From Malacoraja senta (taxonomy: Eukaryota), in contig JAXLNO010000625.1 of the NCBI GenBank assembly GCA_038087875.1, positions 62,001-126,000 of the forward strand: a stretch of 64,000 nucleotides of DNA. The letters are read 5' to 3'. Positions within the stretch are counted from its first letter, which is position 1. Each line of letters opens with the position of its first letter. A program made the translations under genes and the position numbers. The notes beneath the pieces were generated by a model, which searched no databases, was not told the origin of the DNA, and saw only the letters and a list, made by a program, of their open reading frames with translations. Of the stretch, positions 11,181-25,397 are shown piece by piece.

Positions 11181-12729
11181 TGGAGCTTTTGCTATTGTGA
11201 GTGATTCAACGATGCACAGACTGCTGTTGAAAGTTGTAATATTTCTTCAATAAATGTTGAAAAGGAAATGGGCAAATAATCTGAGAAATGCTTGAGAAAA
11301 TCTACGAAGAGTGAACTCTATTATTCTGTGGACAGTAATTGTGTGTGGGCGTTGTGTGGGTTCAGGTGGGAGATATTGCACTAATTAATGCCACCTTGTT
11401 AAAGCTGTGTGCAGCGTATGACTACAATCTGTACATGGACAAATAGTGGGAGGATAAGTGTTTTGTACCAAATTACACATGATGGATTGCAGTTCAGGGT
11501 GTGAGATTGCAATGCACTAGATATTAACCAGAATGTGGAACTTTGCAAAGATGAAAGCTTGTTTGACTACATTAAAAAATATAAACGGCTAAAATATTTT
11601 AATCAGAGAATTTGATTTTACAATTGAACAGGTTAATATTCAATCCTATGCTGGCATTGCAAACCCTAAAATAGCCCCTTCATCACCAACCAGATGTTTT
11701 TGGAATTAGCATTGTCATGGATAGCTTTTACCTTTATTCCCCTCTTTCCGCCATGGGTCGCAGAAATAGTGCAATCACAATATATTATTGAGTCCTCTGC
11801 TCAGGCTGCAGTGTAACTGTGTCAAATTATTTAACTGCAAAAACAAACATTTCTTCTCTTTCCCTATTGTGACAAAAGTCTTCGACCTAAAAGGTGTGTT
11901 CTATTTCTCTGGATGCCACCTGACCTGTTGAGTGTTTCCAACATTTTCCACTTTTATTTAGATTTCCAGCATCTGAACAAGAACACAATAAAACAGCAGC
12001 ACAAACTGGCTACTCACCCTCTCAGGCATGCCCTGCCATTTCATCACCTCTGTAACAGAGCAAATTTCTCTCATGATGTGAAAGATTGTGGCCATTAAGA
12101 TGCAGTTGAGATCAGTTGATGCTTCTTTGTTTCGGTAATGTTTTGTTGAAGTTAAACCGTACATTAACAACACATGACACAGCCAAATAAGTTTAATCTA
12201 ACCTAACTGCTGCTTATCTGCCTCATTATCTCACCTGCCAGAAAAATGGCTGTTGTTCCATCTGTAACCTGACCCCAACTCATCTGCCACCTGCACCAAT
12301 ACTGTATATTTGCTCTCTTTTTCTGTTCTGCCGAATGGTTTCCGAACTGAAACATTAACTGGTTTTCATTTAGAAGATACAAATATTTTATTTTATTTTT
12401 TAAATTGTTTAAGATACAGCATTTTCCCCAACCTCTTCTTCGTCAGTTTCACATCACCCTCAGTTTCCCCCTTTTTTTTTTAGTGTCTATCCACCTCCCT
12501 CTAAACCCCTCCAGTGATTTAACTTCCACAATCCTCTGGGGAACGATCCAGCAATTCATCATTCCCTGATGTAAATATGTTTTTGGTTCATCCACGGCAT
12601 TAAACGAACTTGTAGTAAAATATCTTACAGCCTATGCTAAGCAATGGTGGTGCTGCTGGTAGAGCAGGTGCCTCACAGCGCCAGTGGCCTGGGTTCCATC
12701 CTGACCTTGAGTGCTGTTTATGTGGAGTG

Positions 12730-14175
12730 CAGAATATAGTTATCAGCATTGTAGCGCATCAGTTCCATAGACAAGGTCCAATATTCATAATGGTGTAGTG
12801 TTGAATTGAACGGTATTCAAGAAAGAGTTAGATTTACAGTAGCTCTTAGGGCTAACGGAATCAAGTGAAATGAAGTCAGGAACGGGGTACTGATTTTGGA
12901 TGATCAGCCATTATCATATTGAATGGTGGTGCTGGCTCGAAGTGCGGAATGGCCTACTCCTGCACCTATTTCCTATGTTTCTATATTTCTAGTATTCTAG
13001 TTTATGGGACCACTCAGAAGCCTGATAAAAGAGGGGAAGAGGCTGTTTCTGAGTCTGGTGGGGCCTGTTGTCAAGCTTCTGTACCTTCTGCCATACAGGA
13101 GCAGGGAAAAGAAGGATGGGACAAGTCCTTGATTATGTTGGCTGCTATTCAGAGGCAGCATGAAGCATAGATGGAGTCAAAGGTGGGGGGATCTGGTATG
13201 TGTGATGGTCTGAGCTCCATCTACCACTCTCTGCAATTTCTTGCAGTCTTAAGGGCCTGTCCAACTTGGCGATTTTTTCGGCGACTGCCGGCGTCATTGA
13301 CTGATGTATCAGGGTCGCCGAAAGGTTTTGAACATTACAAAACCCAGCGGCGAAACAAAAAAAGTTTGCAGCACTTGAGGAAACACCGCGTGTCAATACA
13401 TCGTCACGCCGCGTCACCGCCGCATCATGCCGCATTGCGCCACGACTTTTTTGGTGACCTGTTACGTCAGTCAATGATGCCGGCAGTCGCTGAAAAAATT
13501 GCTAAGTGGGACAGGCCCTTGAGGCAGAGCTGTTCTCAAACGAACCTGTGTTGCAATCCAATAGTATGTTTTCGATAGTGCATCAATAGAAGTTTTTTAA
13601 GAGTTATTGGAGACATGCTGAATTTCCTCTGTCTATTCAGGAAGTAGAGGTAATGATGTGCCTCCTTGGCTGTCACACCAATGTGGCTGGTCCACGACAG
13701 ATTGTGATGTTAACGCCAAGGAACCTGAAGCTCTCAACCATTTCTACTTTCGCACCATTGATGCTGATCGGGGCATTTACTCCACCATGCTCCCTGAAGT
13801 TGATGACCAGCTCCGTCATCTTGTTGACATTGAGGGAGAGTTTATTGTCCTGACACCATGTTACTATGTTCTCTATCTCCTTCCCGTGTTCCATCTCATC
13901 ACTGTTTGTGATCCAGCCCACCACAGGGGTGTCATCTGCAAACTTGTCGACGGAGTTAGACCGGAATTTGGCCACGCGGTCGTGAGTGCATAAGGAACAC
14001 AATAGGCAATTGAGAACGTGTTCTTGCAGAGCAACAGGCGTTGAGAATTATTGTGGAGGAGATGTTGCCACCTTCCCTCACTGATTGTGGTCTGCGGGCC
14101 AGAACGTCAAGGATCCAGTTATAGAGTGGGTGCTGATTCCTAGCTCCAGGAGTTTAGAGATGAGTTTGTATGGGA
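12730..14175 (-). mobile_element. Rex1/Babar-clade LINE, degenerate 3' half, with nested CR1 tail (~12815-12985) and MITE
   Basis: RT motif KFADDT..VG.I..WCQDNKLSLNVNK in ORF 13673..14002. Confidence 0.8.
13252..13519. mobile_element. PIF/Harbinger MITE
   Basis: Long TIRs AGGGCCTGTCCAACTTGGCGATTTTTTCGGCGACTGCCGGC / ...AAGTGGGACAGGCCCT; 3-bp flanks TTA/TGA. Confidence 0.8.
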
Positions 14176-14962
14176 AAGGGGATAACATAGAACTAGTGTG
14201 AATGGGTGACCGATGGTCGGTTTGAAGTCAGTGGGTGGAAGTTTCTGTTTCCATGATGTATCTTCCAATCGATCATTGGGTGTGAAGTTTGGATTGCGAC
14301 CACCCAATTGCAGGTGTTTGTTTGTGGCAGATACCAGGTTGATGAGAACCTTGCCATGCAAACACTCTCTTGAGTTAGACAAGGTGGGAAGCTTTGTCAT
14401 CTGCCTATGCGCAAAGCTGATGAATCCAAAACGTTCATTTGTTGTGACTTTGGGATCATCTCACAGCCTCCCTGTAAGAGTGCAGGCTGACCTTGCACTC
14501 AACAGCAGGACAGAACCAATGCTATTTAAAGGGACCCACCACTAATTATAGGCTAGATCCCAGTAAGTGTCTTCCTACCGTTTAATTCTGCATGTTTGAT
14601 GTTTTCAGCAGTTGTTTTGAGTTGTAAATGTCTAGAAGGAGTGCTGTGGTGAATAAAAGTCATTTTCCTAACCAGACATGTTTTTTTACAAACGGGTTAG
14701 CGTTCAGCCATCCATGCAGTTGTAGGCGTTCCACTTGAAAGGCGCAGTGAACAAAGTGTAGTCAGAGTAGGACAAACTGCCGGAAGAGGGGAACAGGTAG
14801 ACAGAACAGCCTGGGGCTCAGCTGGATTGAGCGTTGCTGCAAGAGGCCGAACACACGGACCGGATGCAACCTGCAGCGTCACAGAGCGGTGGAGGGCACC
14901 GATGGTTTCACTTAGCCAGGCCGAACCTGCAACGCCGCCAGGACAACGGGCCTTGGTGGCCA

Positions 14963-15276
14963 GGTTTAGTTTAGTTTTGTTTAGAGATACAGCGCATTTA
15001 CAGGCTGTTCGGCCCAGCAAGTCCACGCCGTCCAGCGATCCCCGCGCACTAACACCATCCCACACACACTGGGGACAATTTACAATTATACCAAGCCAAT
15101 TAACCTCCAAATCTGTGCGTCTTTGGAGTGTGGGAGGAAACCAGAGATCCTGGAGAAAACCCACGCAGGTGACGGGGAGAGCGTACAAACTCCGTACAGA
15201 CAGCGCCCGTAGTCAGGATCTAATCCGGGTCTCTGGCACAGGAAGGCAGCAAATCTACCGCTGCACCACCGTGCCA
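14963..15276 (-). mobile_element. HE1-type SINE
   Basis: Reverse-complement homolog of 7801-8115. Confidence 0.85.
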
Positions 15277-15799
15277 TCCAATGGTGAGGAATTCTGCACT
15301 TATAACAGCTGGGACTTGAAAATGGAGCCAAAACCTGGCGACTCAGTGTACTATTCCTATATACTTATGAATCTAAGGTGCGCTAATGTATAGGGTAGGC
15401 TTATATTACTGTTACTCTGGAAGCCAGATGTACAATGGTGTTAAGGAGTGGGAGTTCAAATGGGTCCCGGGGGTTCATTCCTAATACTTTTTACTGACCT
15501 TTATTGAAAGAAGAATTTCACTGTACATACCTGTACTTCCCACCTGCACATACACCTCGGTACATGTGACAATAAAGTGCCATTGAATATTGAGAAAGGG
15601 GAGAGCAAGGGTGGGGACGGTCCTTCTCCTGGGCTAAAGTACGCTCCCCATTGTGATTCTGGCAGCACAAGCTGGATCCACTCTCAGCATCAGTTCCACA
15701 TCTTGCCGCCTCTCTGTCGCTGCCCTTCGCTATGTTTTGTAGCTCACCATGCAGCGATATAAAAGCTACAGTACAAATTTAATGTCCAAGTGAAGACGT

Positions 15800-17240
15800 T
15801 GAGATTAAGCTAAGGTTTTAGTGCAGAAAGCCGGGGCTGGATGGGTGCACTACCTGCAATTTGCAAATCAGTGGAGAGTGTGGATCAAGAGGGAATGGGA
15901 TGGACGGACGATTGGACATGATGGTGCCATTATCTATGATACTGCCAGCCCTACCAGAGTGTCCTGAAGAACGCCTGGCACATTTCATTGAGGTCAGGGT
16001 ATACGGATGTGTCTGACTTCTGTTTAGTTGTTGTTGCATTCACTTGTGCATTGCCTTGTGTGGACTGAGAAAGGGGATTGTGACCTTGGATGCCATGCCC
16101 AGTTGAACAAATGGCATTCTGTATAAGTTGTGCGATGTAGCAGTGAGGTCTTGAATAGTGCCAATATCTGGGCATTTCAGGGATTGGTAGATATGAGCAC
16201 TGATTGATAAAAATGATGGGTGAGTTCAGTATTGGGAGTGTGATCGGAGCAGCACAGGTGGTCGGTGATGCCATTGACAGAGCATGGGATTTGAAGTTGC
16301 ATTCATTGCTCTTGACCACCTACAGTATGTGATGTCATCAGGCTTCTTGCTGCACTTTAATCAGACCCTCAAGGCTGTGGGAACAGACAGGAGCTGTCTG
16401 TTCCCACAGCATTTTGAGTGTGAGTCTGGTGGAGGGCCCTCTAACCCTCTGAATACAGACGGTGTCCTTCTTTCAACGGTCTCCATCAAGTCCTCCAATA
16501 CGGGTCCAATTGTGGTGCAAGCTTTCTCCTGGAGTGTTCCAGAGATTTCCAGTTTAGATATACAGTCGAAAGTCTGCCATCATCTGCACTGGCCATGGAC
16601 ACATCCTTTGTCAGAAGTGAAGTCTGGTAGCAAGCATCTCAGGCTTGCTTTGACTGGGGGAATCATTCACATTCTCAATCCAATTGCTGGACCTGCCAAC
16701 TAGAAAGACTGGTGCTTCTTCGTCTTCAGAATCCCTCAGGATTGAGGATGACTTGCTTCCACTTCATGGTGTGGGTTCTGTGGCAGCTAATGAGATTGCA
16801 AACTATTCCTTCCACAGCTGGTGTTGAAGGTGCACAATGGGGCAGGTACATGGGTAGGTGATGTTGTGTCACTGGGACTCCAAGTGCTCCTGAACCATAG
16901 GCATGAAGTTCTCAATGCCATCCAGAAGAACATTCCTTCTCCAATTTAAGTGATCACCATGCAGAAGGCACTGAGTACATCTTTCTCTGTCACTCCATAC
17001 AACATAGTTTGGAATAGACTGTTGTGAGAATCTATTATTGACATGCCAATGGTGTGGTTTGCCCAGCACAACTCAATGTCTCAGTGCAGAGCATGTGGTC
17101 CAAGAGGGAGATACAGCCATTTTTCTTTACAGTGAATTTGGATGATTTTTCAGAGAAAGTATTGTTGACATCTTTTCCAGTCCCCTGGATGTAGTCCAGA
17201 TCTCAGCAGCATATAGCAGGGCAGGATTTGCTGCTGCTTG
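15800..17240 (-). mobile_element. Degenerate LINE remnants (RTE-like 3' end at ~16714-17240; APE-endonuclease-like remnant ~15800-16700)
   Basis: GAA-rich tail and RTE-like 3' UTR at 16714-16790; SDH-like motif near 16240; many disablements. Confidence 0.45.
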
Positions 17241-19596
17241 GTAGACCGATATGGTCTACTCGGTGGGCTGAAGGGCCTACTTCCGCATTGTATCGTTAAA
17301 CTAAACTAAATGTTCTACCGAAAGGAGCTTCATAATGTCCACAGGTTATGGGCTGCCCAGAAGTCTGCCATAATTGGCATGTGTAAAGAGACTCATGACT
17401 TCTCCAACAAAGAGACCCTGGTCTGGTTTAGATGAGAATGTCCAGGAGATTGAGGAGCTAACTGACTGCATAAAGAATGATGCAACTATAATTAGTGGAC
17501 AGTAATTTGCAGTGTACCTCTGGGCTGGCTACTCCACCTGCCTGTCTTGTGGTCGATCCAGCTGGCATTGAATATAGGCCATGAATGACCAAATTATGTG
17601 TTGATTAAACCTTAATGACACTTCACATACACGCTCCCGACGTTTGCATCTGAACATACTGCTTAATTTAGAAAGAAATTCAAAAACAGATGCAAGTAAA
17701 ATTATATGAAATTATAGTAGCAGTTCTTTGCAACTGTTCCAGTACCGAGTTGAGATTGTAAATTCACAGTATCTTTTCAAGGCATGAAAGGTTATTCAGC
17801 ACAGTGTTCACAGTCCCAACCTGAACTCATTTATTTCCAAAAGCATTTTACATGCATAATTCAGATTTGATTTAAAAACATTTTTGAAATACAGCTTTGA
17901 AGGGCCCTTCAACCCACCGAGTCTATGCCAACCATTGATCAACCCTTCACTAGTTCTATGTCATCGCGCTTCTCATTTTTATTATTTTTAAAAGCCTGAA
18001 TTTTACTTTTGCACAAGCATACCTTTCAGTGGAATATTATAAGGGAGGAAATCCATTAAGCTGGCTGACTAATGTTTATTGATGAAACATGCATCACCTC
18101 TATGACATATCTTTAAAGCTGATTTAGTATGAAAAAACAAAATTTCAATCATTTAAGGTAATGTTAAGACCACAGGCATATCTATCCTTTAGAATATGCG
18201 TCTAAAGTTGTGACATAGCCCTGGTATGAGATTCTAATGTATCATGAAATCTGCAGAGAGGCAATGATTGAGTACTGAGTATGTGAAAAACAGATCAGGA
18301 TGGGACTTCCAGATTCCAACATCATCTTTTCATTCCCGTTTGCCTGCAGTTTTGCTGGCAGGTCAGGATAACATAATTCTTTGTTTCATGATTGCAGTGC
18401 AACACCAACAGCTTAGTGGCAGCTGGAGGCTTTTTCATATTGGACATGCTGTGGATGAGACCTCTGCTCAGCTTACGGCCGTGGTCTTGGATAACCAAGC
18501 CGTGCTTCTGGCTGCAGCCTGCACCTGTCACAACACTCCGAGGATCTCAGATCCCACAGCGAGTGTACATTTTCTCCAGCTTTGATTGTAACTCTTTTGG
18601 GACAGAGGCCAGGTTGATGAAAACGCCAAAGGATTTAGAATTCCTTTGGAACTGAAAGTGAAATTTCATAGCTGGAAAACCCGATGTGACAGACAAGCCC
18701 AACTGCGTCCACCGAGGTGCTTATCAAAAATTGGATTCACCTCTTCATATCAACCTTCCTTTTGTCCCAGAAATGCAGAGGAATTTGAAAGACCATGTGT
18801 GTGTGTCTGCATGTGTGCCACCCTCTCAGATATAAAGCTGTTAGATTAATATTAAGGGAAACCCATAATTAATTTTGAAATCACCTCATTCCATCTATTG
18901 ATAATAATATTAACCTTGTCTGTTTCCTGAACACCTACATTTTTTTTTGGAGATGCAGCCTGCAAACAGGCCTTTGGCCTTCCATAGAATGATGTGCTTT
19001 TGAGATGTGGAAGCACCACAGGGAGAACGTGCAAACTCCACGTTCCCAGCACCCAATGTTGAGATTGTACCCGGGTTTCTGTGAGGCAGAAGCTCTGACA
19101 GCTATGCCCTATAATTGTAGTAAGAGGAACTCAGTCACTCTACACTGGTTTCCTGCTGAGCGCTGATTTGTTGTCGTGTTTTTAAAAGGCCTGTCCCACT
19201 TGACGACTTTTTCAGCGACTGCCGGCATCATCCAGTCAAAATGCTTACAACTACATATTGCCCCAGACATGAAAATCAGCATCTGCTCCAGTTCTGCTCT
19301 GCTCTGCTGTACTGGTAAGCTGGGTGTCGGGAACCTTTGGAAAATCTTTTCTCTCCACAGGTCCTTCCCCCCCACCCCCAGCAACGAGTCAAATGAATAA
19401 TTTCAATCTTTCAGTGAGAGACTGCCTGTGAGAGTTTTATGTTTGGTGGGATGGGGCAAGTTTTGTGGTCACTGAGTGCCTCTCAGGGCTATAGACTGGC
19501 CAACACTGAGTGTGGTTTTTGACAGGGACTGGCAGTATGTTCCATTTGATGGCAAGCCCCTTCTGATCCTATGACTTCAGACATCACCCACTGGAT

Positions 19597-20665
19597 ATGT
19601 CATAGCAGCACAAAAACAGGCCTCTGTAGCTGGCTTGCCCATGCCAACCAAAATACCCCATCGACACTAGTCCCACCTGCCCACGTTTGGCCTATAATCC
19701 TCTGAACGTTCCTATCCATGTACCTCCTCAAATGTCTTTTAAATGTTGTTATAGTACCTGCCTCAACATCCTCCTCTGGCAGCTTGTTCCACATATTCAC
19801 CACAGTCATTGTGAAAATAATTCCCCTCAGGTTTCTATTAAATCTTACCCTCGCACCTTGAACCTGTGTTCCGTGGTTCTTGATGCCCCTAGTCAAGGTA
19901 AAAGACTCTGTGCATTTACCCTATTTATTTCCCTCATGATCTTATACACCTCCATAAGATCACCTCTCATCCTCCTGCACTCCAAGCTATAAAGTCCTAG
20001 CCTGGCGAACCTCTCTCTATACCTCAGGCCCTTATGTCCTGGCAACAACCTCCAAAGTCTCTACACTCTTTCCAGCTTAACAACAGACTTACTGAAGCAG
20101 GGTGACAAAAACTGAATACAATACTCCAATTGTGGCCTCACCGACGTCTTGTACAACTGCAGCATAACATTTCAACTTCAATACTCCCCACACAGACTGA
20201 AGAAGGACAATGTACCAAAGGCTTTCTTGACCACACTATCTACTTGTGATGCCACATTCAAGGAACTATGTACCTGCACTCCTAAGTCCCTCTGCTCTAC
20301 AACACTCCCCATTCATTGCGAAGGTCCTGCCCTGGTTTGATTTCCCAAAATGAAACACCTCCTTCTTATCTGCATTAAACTCCATTAACTATTCCTCAGT
20401 CCACTTTCCCAACTAATCAAGTTCTGACATAATTTTTGATAACCATCTTGTTACCACCCACTTTAGTGTCATCTGCAAATTTACTAATCATGCCTTCTAC
20501 AGTCACATCCAAATCGTTGATATAGACCACAAACGATATTGGGCCCAGCACTGATCCCTGAGGCATTCCACAAGGCCTCCAGTCTGAAAAACACCCATTC
20601 ATCATCACCCTCTGCTTTCCTCCATGATGCCAATGCTTTATCCAGCCCACTACTTCTCCCTGGAT
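19597..20665 (-). mobile_element. CR1-clade LINE 3' portion with internal deletions
   Basis: [21 protein letters not shown] (20417..20680) and WNKLPEE..AGTITTFKRHL (19600..19896). Confidence 0.9.
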
Positions 20666-20828
20666 CACATACGATCTCATGTGATGGAAGCTGTTTCCAT
20701 CCCTTCTATGTTAGCTGCACTGTCCTCCCAGCCCACAGGTTTCTCCATGGCAATGAACTCAACATTTTTTAGTTGGCCTTTAAGCCAAGCAAGTAGAACA
20801 GAACCGGTCATTTGTGCGTCTTACATTC

Positions 20829-21430
20829 GAAGGTTTCAAAGGTCAAAGGTTCTTTTATTGTCACGTGTACCAATTGAGGTACAGTGATATACGAATTACC
20901 ATACAGCCATATGAAAAAAAAAGCAACAAGATGCACAACTACTTAAAAGTTAACATAAATATCCACCACAGTGGATTCCCCACGTTCCTCACTGTGATGG
21001 AAGGCAAAATAGTCCAATCTTCTTCCTCTTTATTCTCCCGCGGTCGGTGCAGTCGAACCATCCATCAGGGCGATTGAAGCTCCCGCTTCGGGGCAATCGA
21101 AACTCCTACGTCGGGGCGATCGAAGCTCCCGCGTCGGAGTGGTCGAAGCTCCTGCGTTGGGGCGGTCAAAGCTCCTGCGGCTTGGAGTTCCCGATGTTAT
21201 AGTCCGCAGGCACCCACGGTTGGAGCTCCGAGGTCGATCCCTGGCAAAGGGATTGCGAGCTCCGTGATGTTAAGTCCGCAGGTGACCGCAGTGGAGCTCT
21301 CAAAATCGGTCTCCAGCAAAGGCTGCCAACTCCTCGAAGTTAGGCCACAGTGCAGACGGAGATACAATCGCATCTCCATCAAGGTAAGAGAATAGAAAAC
21401 GCCCCCCCCCCCCCAAATAAAACAGCAAAG
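20829..21430 (-). mobile_element. GC-rich non-autonomous retroposon with Rex1-like 3' tail and internal ~23-bp repeats
   Basis: Minus strand ends ...GTGACAATAAAAG plus (CCTTTGA)n; tandem GGGGCGATCGAAGCTCCCGCGTC at 21068-21200; related tails at 50660-50820 and 38617. Confidence 0.6.
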
Positions 21431-23129
21431 CACAGTACAGAATATAATGAAGGTTTCCCCTGCGGTTTCGTTTGCTTGAAAATTCACATTTACCTCTTAT
21501 TCTTGCAGTGGGCATAGCTTGAACTTAGGCCTGTAAAATTAGTAAAATTAGGCCTGATTAGGTAGCCCTGTAAGCTTACCTGGAATTCACTGCCTCGCTG
21601 GTCAAAACATAGAGATAGAAAATATAGAAAATAAATGCAGAATTAGGCCATTCGGCCCTTCGAGCCAATATTTTCATGGCTGATCATCCAAAATCAGTAC
21701 CCCGTTCCTGATTTTTCCCCATATCCCTTGATTCCGTTAGCCCTAAGAGCTAAATCTAACCCTCTCCTGAAAACATCCAGTGAATTGGCTTCCACTGCCT
21801 TCTGTCTCTTGTGAATCTCCTACCTCTCTGGCTACCTGTGTCGACTACAGTTTCACTTCCCTTTCAAAAGCTCCAAGCTCTGGCACTTACTCCCTAAATC
21901 CCTCCACATTCTTTTTAAGACTATTCTCAATCCCTTTCTTGTTAGCTGGAGTTCATTTTGATTAGCTTATTTCTTGCTGTTGGTCTACAGGCCATTTTTT
22001 CTGTGTCTTAGTTGCATTTTAAGACTCAAATCTGAAGCTTCCATCATGTTTATCCTCCAAGCTATGAGCTGCTACAAGACTTGATGAACCAAGTGAGCCC
22101 TGCAATGCAACGTAGTTCTCCATTACGTTGGTAATAGTATAACAGTTTGGTCTCCGTTTTTATCTCTGTGAAGCATTTTGGGGTGATTTTCTACAGAAGA
22201 GACACGATGTAAGTACAGATTGATATCATGCTTGGATTAATTATAGAAAATGATTTGGGCTGCTAAAATATTTGATTTGATTTAACATCATACCACGGGT
22301 TAATACAGGAGCCAAAACTGATTTCAGTTTTGCAATGTATTCCTGGCTATTGCTTGCTGGCTGTGGGGATTAATTTGAAACAGTTTTCTTATGCATTTCA
22401 AATCATGTTTAGCTGCAGTACCTGGCCTATGGATTTGAAAACCTTTGATCCGGTATTTTTTTTCACAGGGAAACTCATTCTCGTCCACAAGACACAAGGC
22501 TGGAGTTGTGAGTTTTTCAACAAGCTTAGGTTTTTAGTACCATTTTTCTTTTGCTTAAAATATTAAATCAATCTATAATTTCAATGACATTGAGTGAACT
22601 ATGTACAGTACATGCCACAGGATCTACTAGATGGAACCATGTATTTAAGCCTTTTGTGGCTACATGTCTGGCGATTTTACTGGTGTGGTAATGTGAATGC
22701 TAATACTGCTTTCTCAGAGTTTGCTATATTTTGGACATGGCAAGGTTCATATGTTTTATTGCAGGTATCTATGCTTGAGAAATTCAATGCACGATTGCAT
22801 TCTGAAGAGTTCAGATTGCAAAATCCATCATGCACATCATTTTACTTTGGTATTTAAGGCATGACATCTCAGTGTCCTTGGGCTTTTTTTTTACTCGACT
22901 CAAGAATTACATCTTACAACTACGCCAGACATTTATCTAAGTTTACGTGAAAATGTAGCTCTTGTTTTGTTGTGCAAACAGTATATTTCAGTGTGTATCC
23001 TGAAGAGCCCATCTACTTATGGGATGCAGCCATTAAGAGTTAATGATGTGGTCCTGGGCATTCATTACCATATCTCCTGTGGAAGCAGTTAATTCTATGC
23101 AGTAATGCAAGGACAACTCTGTTACGTTA

Positions 23130-23505
23130 GCTGGGAGATGACAGTGTAGTGAATTACTCATCCAAAAAGCAGGATTAATAATTGGGACAACATGAGTTCA
23201 AATTCCACCAAAGGCAGTTTGAGAATTTAAATTCAATTGAAAAAGGTATAAAGCTGGTATTAGTATTAGTAACCATGAAGCTGTCAAATTGTCATAAAAA
23301 CACAGCTGGTTTGCCAGGTGTCCTTTAAACCTCTTAACCGGCTTGGCATGTAAGTCACACCAGCCCACAACATTGGCTTTTAATTGCCACCAAAGTGGAT
23401 GAGTAATTCAACAAGTTGCAGCACCATAATCTTAAGCTAACTAGGGATCGGTGTTAAAAGCTAGTCTTGATAGTACAGTTCACATCCCAATAATTAATGA
23501 AATGA
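23130..23505 (+). mobile_element. Old tRNA-derived SINE, degenerate; related minus copy at ~35440-35760
   Basis: B-box-like GAGTTCAAATTCC followed by GAATTTAAATTCAA core shared between the two copies. Confidence 0.5.
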
Positions 23506-24859
23506 ATCTGCATGCACTGGTGCTGTGCATGTGAAGAATAGGAAACATTTTATTTTGCCTGAATAAGGGCTTCCGACCTGAAATATCACCTGTCCATTCC
23601 CTGCTTCCTGACCCTTTGAGTTCCTCCAGCACTTTGTTTTTCACTCAGGATTCCAGCATCTGCAATTTCTTATGTCTCCAGAAACCATTTTGATTCTTGC
23701 CCTTGACAGCATTTTGATAGTCAATCTGCTGAATGGGGGTGTTTAATACATGGTTAGTAAGATCTAAATGGCCTTTATACCAACACAAATCAATAATTCC
23801 TTTCACTTACCTATGTACCACATCTCTACTGCTCTAAAATATATTGATATTAGTTTTGAACATTCACTGTTGATTCACATTGACTTTTAGGAGATTGTCA
23901 GATTTGTGTCTGAAAAGTGTTTCTTGTGTTCACTATTAAAGGATTTTGTCTGATCATAAGATTATGCTTTAGAGTAAAGGCTTAAAGTTTTTTTTTCTTT
24001 CTCTGTCCAATCCCCTGAACTCCATTGTCACTGCAGATTCCACAATGAGGTAACTGCTCAATCAGTTGAAGAAATCCAAACAAATTTAAGTGGTCTGTGT
24101 GGTCTAATATTTGGTGAATACGTATCACATGCCCGCTGAGGCCAATTAAACTTCCAAGTTTCAGTGTGAAAAACCGACCATAGTTTTTTTATGGCACTTG
24201 ACCAAAACCTGGAAGCACCAGTTCCTTATTGTAATACTGCATGCCAATGGGATAGCCATAAGTATATCTTTAGACACAAGGAACTGCAATTGCCAAGATT
24301 ATCCCACCCTTCCTCTCATCCAGCTTTCTCCCCAAACCACAATGACTGAAGATGGGACCCAACTTGAAACGTCACCTATCCATGTTCTCCAGAAATGCTG
24401 CTTGACCTGTTGAGTTACTCCAGCAATTTGTATTTTTTTATAACCATACAACTATAAGGAAATATCAAAGACTAATGGACATAGGTCTAAGATGAGAGAG
24501 ACAAAATTTAAATGCTATGAGCGGGACATGTTTTTTACACAGAGAGTGGAGGGTGCCTGAAACATGTCACCGGGTGTAGGCTAGATAGAGGCATACAACC
24601 GGTGGTTGATCTCCTCATGTGCTTTTAATGCCGATGACCAGAAATGAATTCATTGCCCATTGCTTCTCTGAGATGTGAAGTACAAGACACCCTTGCCTTA
24701 AATCCATCATTAATGATCTTTCTCATTCAATTAATTTACAGGGAATGATGTCTTAAAAGACAACAAATGATCAGCCCCTTGCGTTCCACCTTCAATGCCT
24801 CACACATGCTTACCAATGGAGAACGCCTTTCATATAGCAAGTCATTGCCAATCAGTATT

Positions 24860-25395
24860 TGGAGTATTGTGCATGGTTCCTCTTGCCCCATTACAGGAAG
24901 AATGTGAAGGCTTTGGAGTGTGTGCAGAAAAGGTTTACCGGAGTGCTGCCTTGATTTGTAGGTATTAACCATATAGAGAGGTTGGGAAAACTTGCATTCC
25001 CTGGAACGTCGTAGATTGGGGGGAGACCTGCTAGATGGATATACAATTATGAAAGGCATAGAAAGGGTGGATCATGGGAACCTCTTCCTGGGGTTTAAAT
25101 TACAAGGACTTGAGGGCATAACTTTAAGGAGAGAGGAGAAAAGTTTAAAGAGATGAGTGCTGGGCAAGTTTTTTGTCACACTGAGTAATAGGTGCCTAGA
25201 AGGCACTGCCCAGGAGGTATGGTGGAGGCAGGTACAATAGTGGCATTTAAGAGGCTTTAGGATAGGCACATGGATATGCAGGGAATGGAAGGATATAGAT
25301 CACGTGCAGGCAGAGATTAGTTTAATTTGGCATCATGTTCGGCATGGTCATTGTGGATGACGGGGCTTGTTCCAGTGCTATACTGCCTATTGGAT
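24860..25395 (+). mobile_element. CR1-clade LINE 3' fragment
   Basis: Degenerate homolog of 44322-44900 and 63262-63733. Confidence 0.75.
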
Positions 25396-25397
25396 GT

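Noticed and set aside
14697..15393. 163-188 aa ORFs
   Set aside because: Largely read through an HE1 SINE
22469..22507. 39-nt plus-strand exon-like segment (TTTTCACAG|..|GTGAGT)
   Set aside because: Isolated splice-like signals with no partner exon or recognisable peptide; plausible by chance
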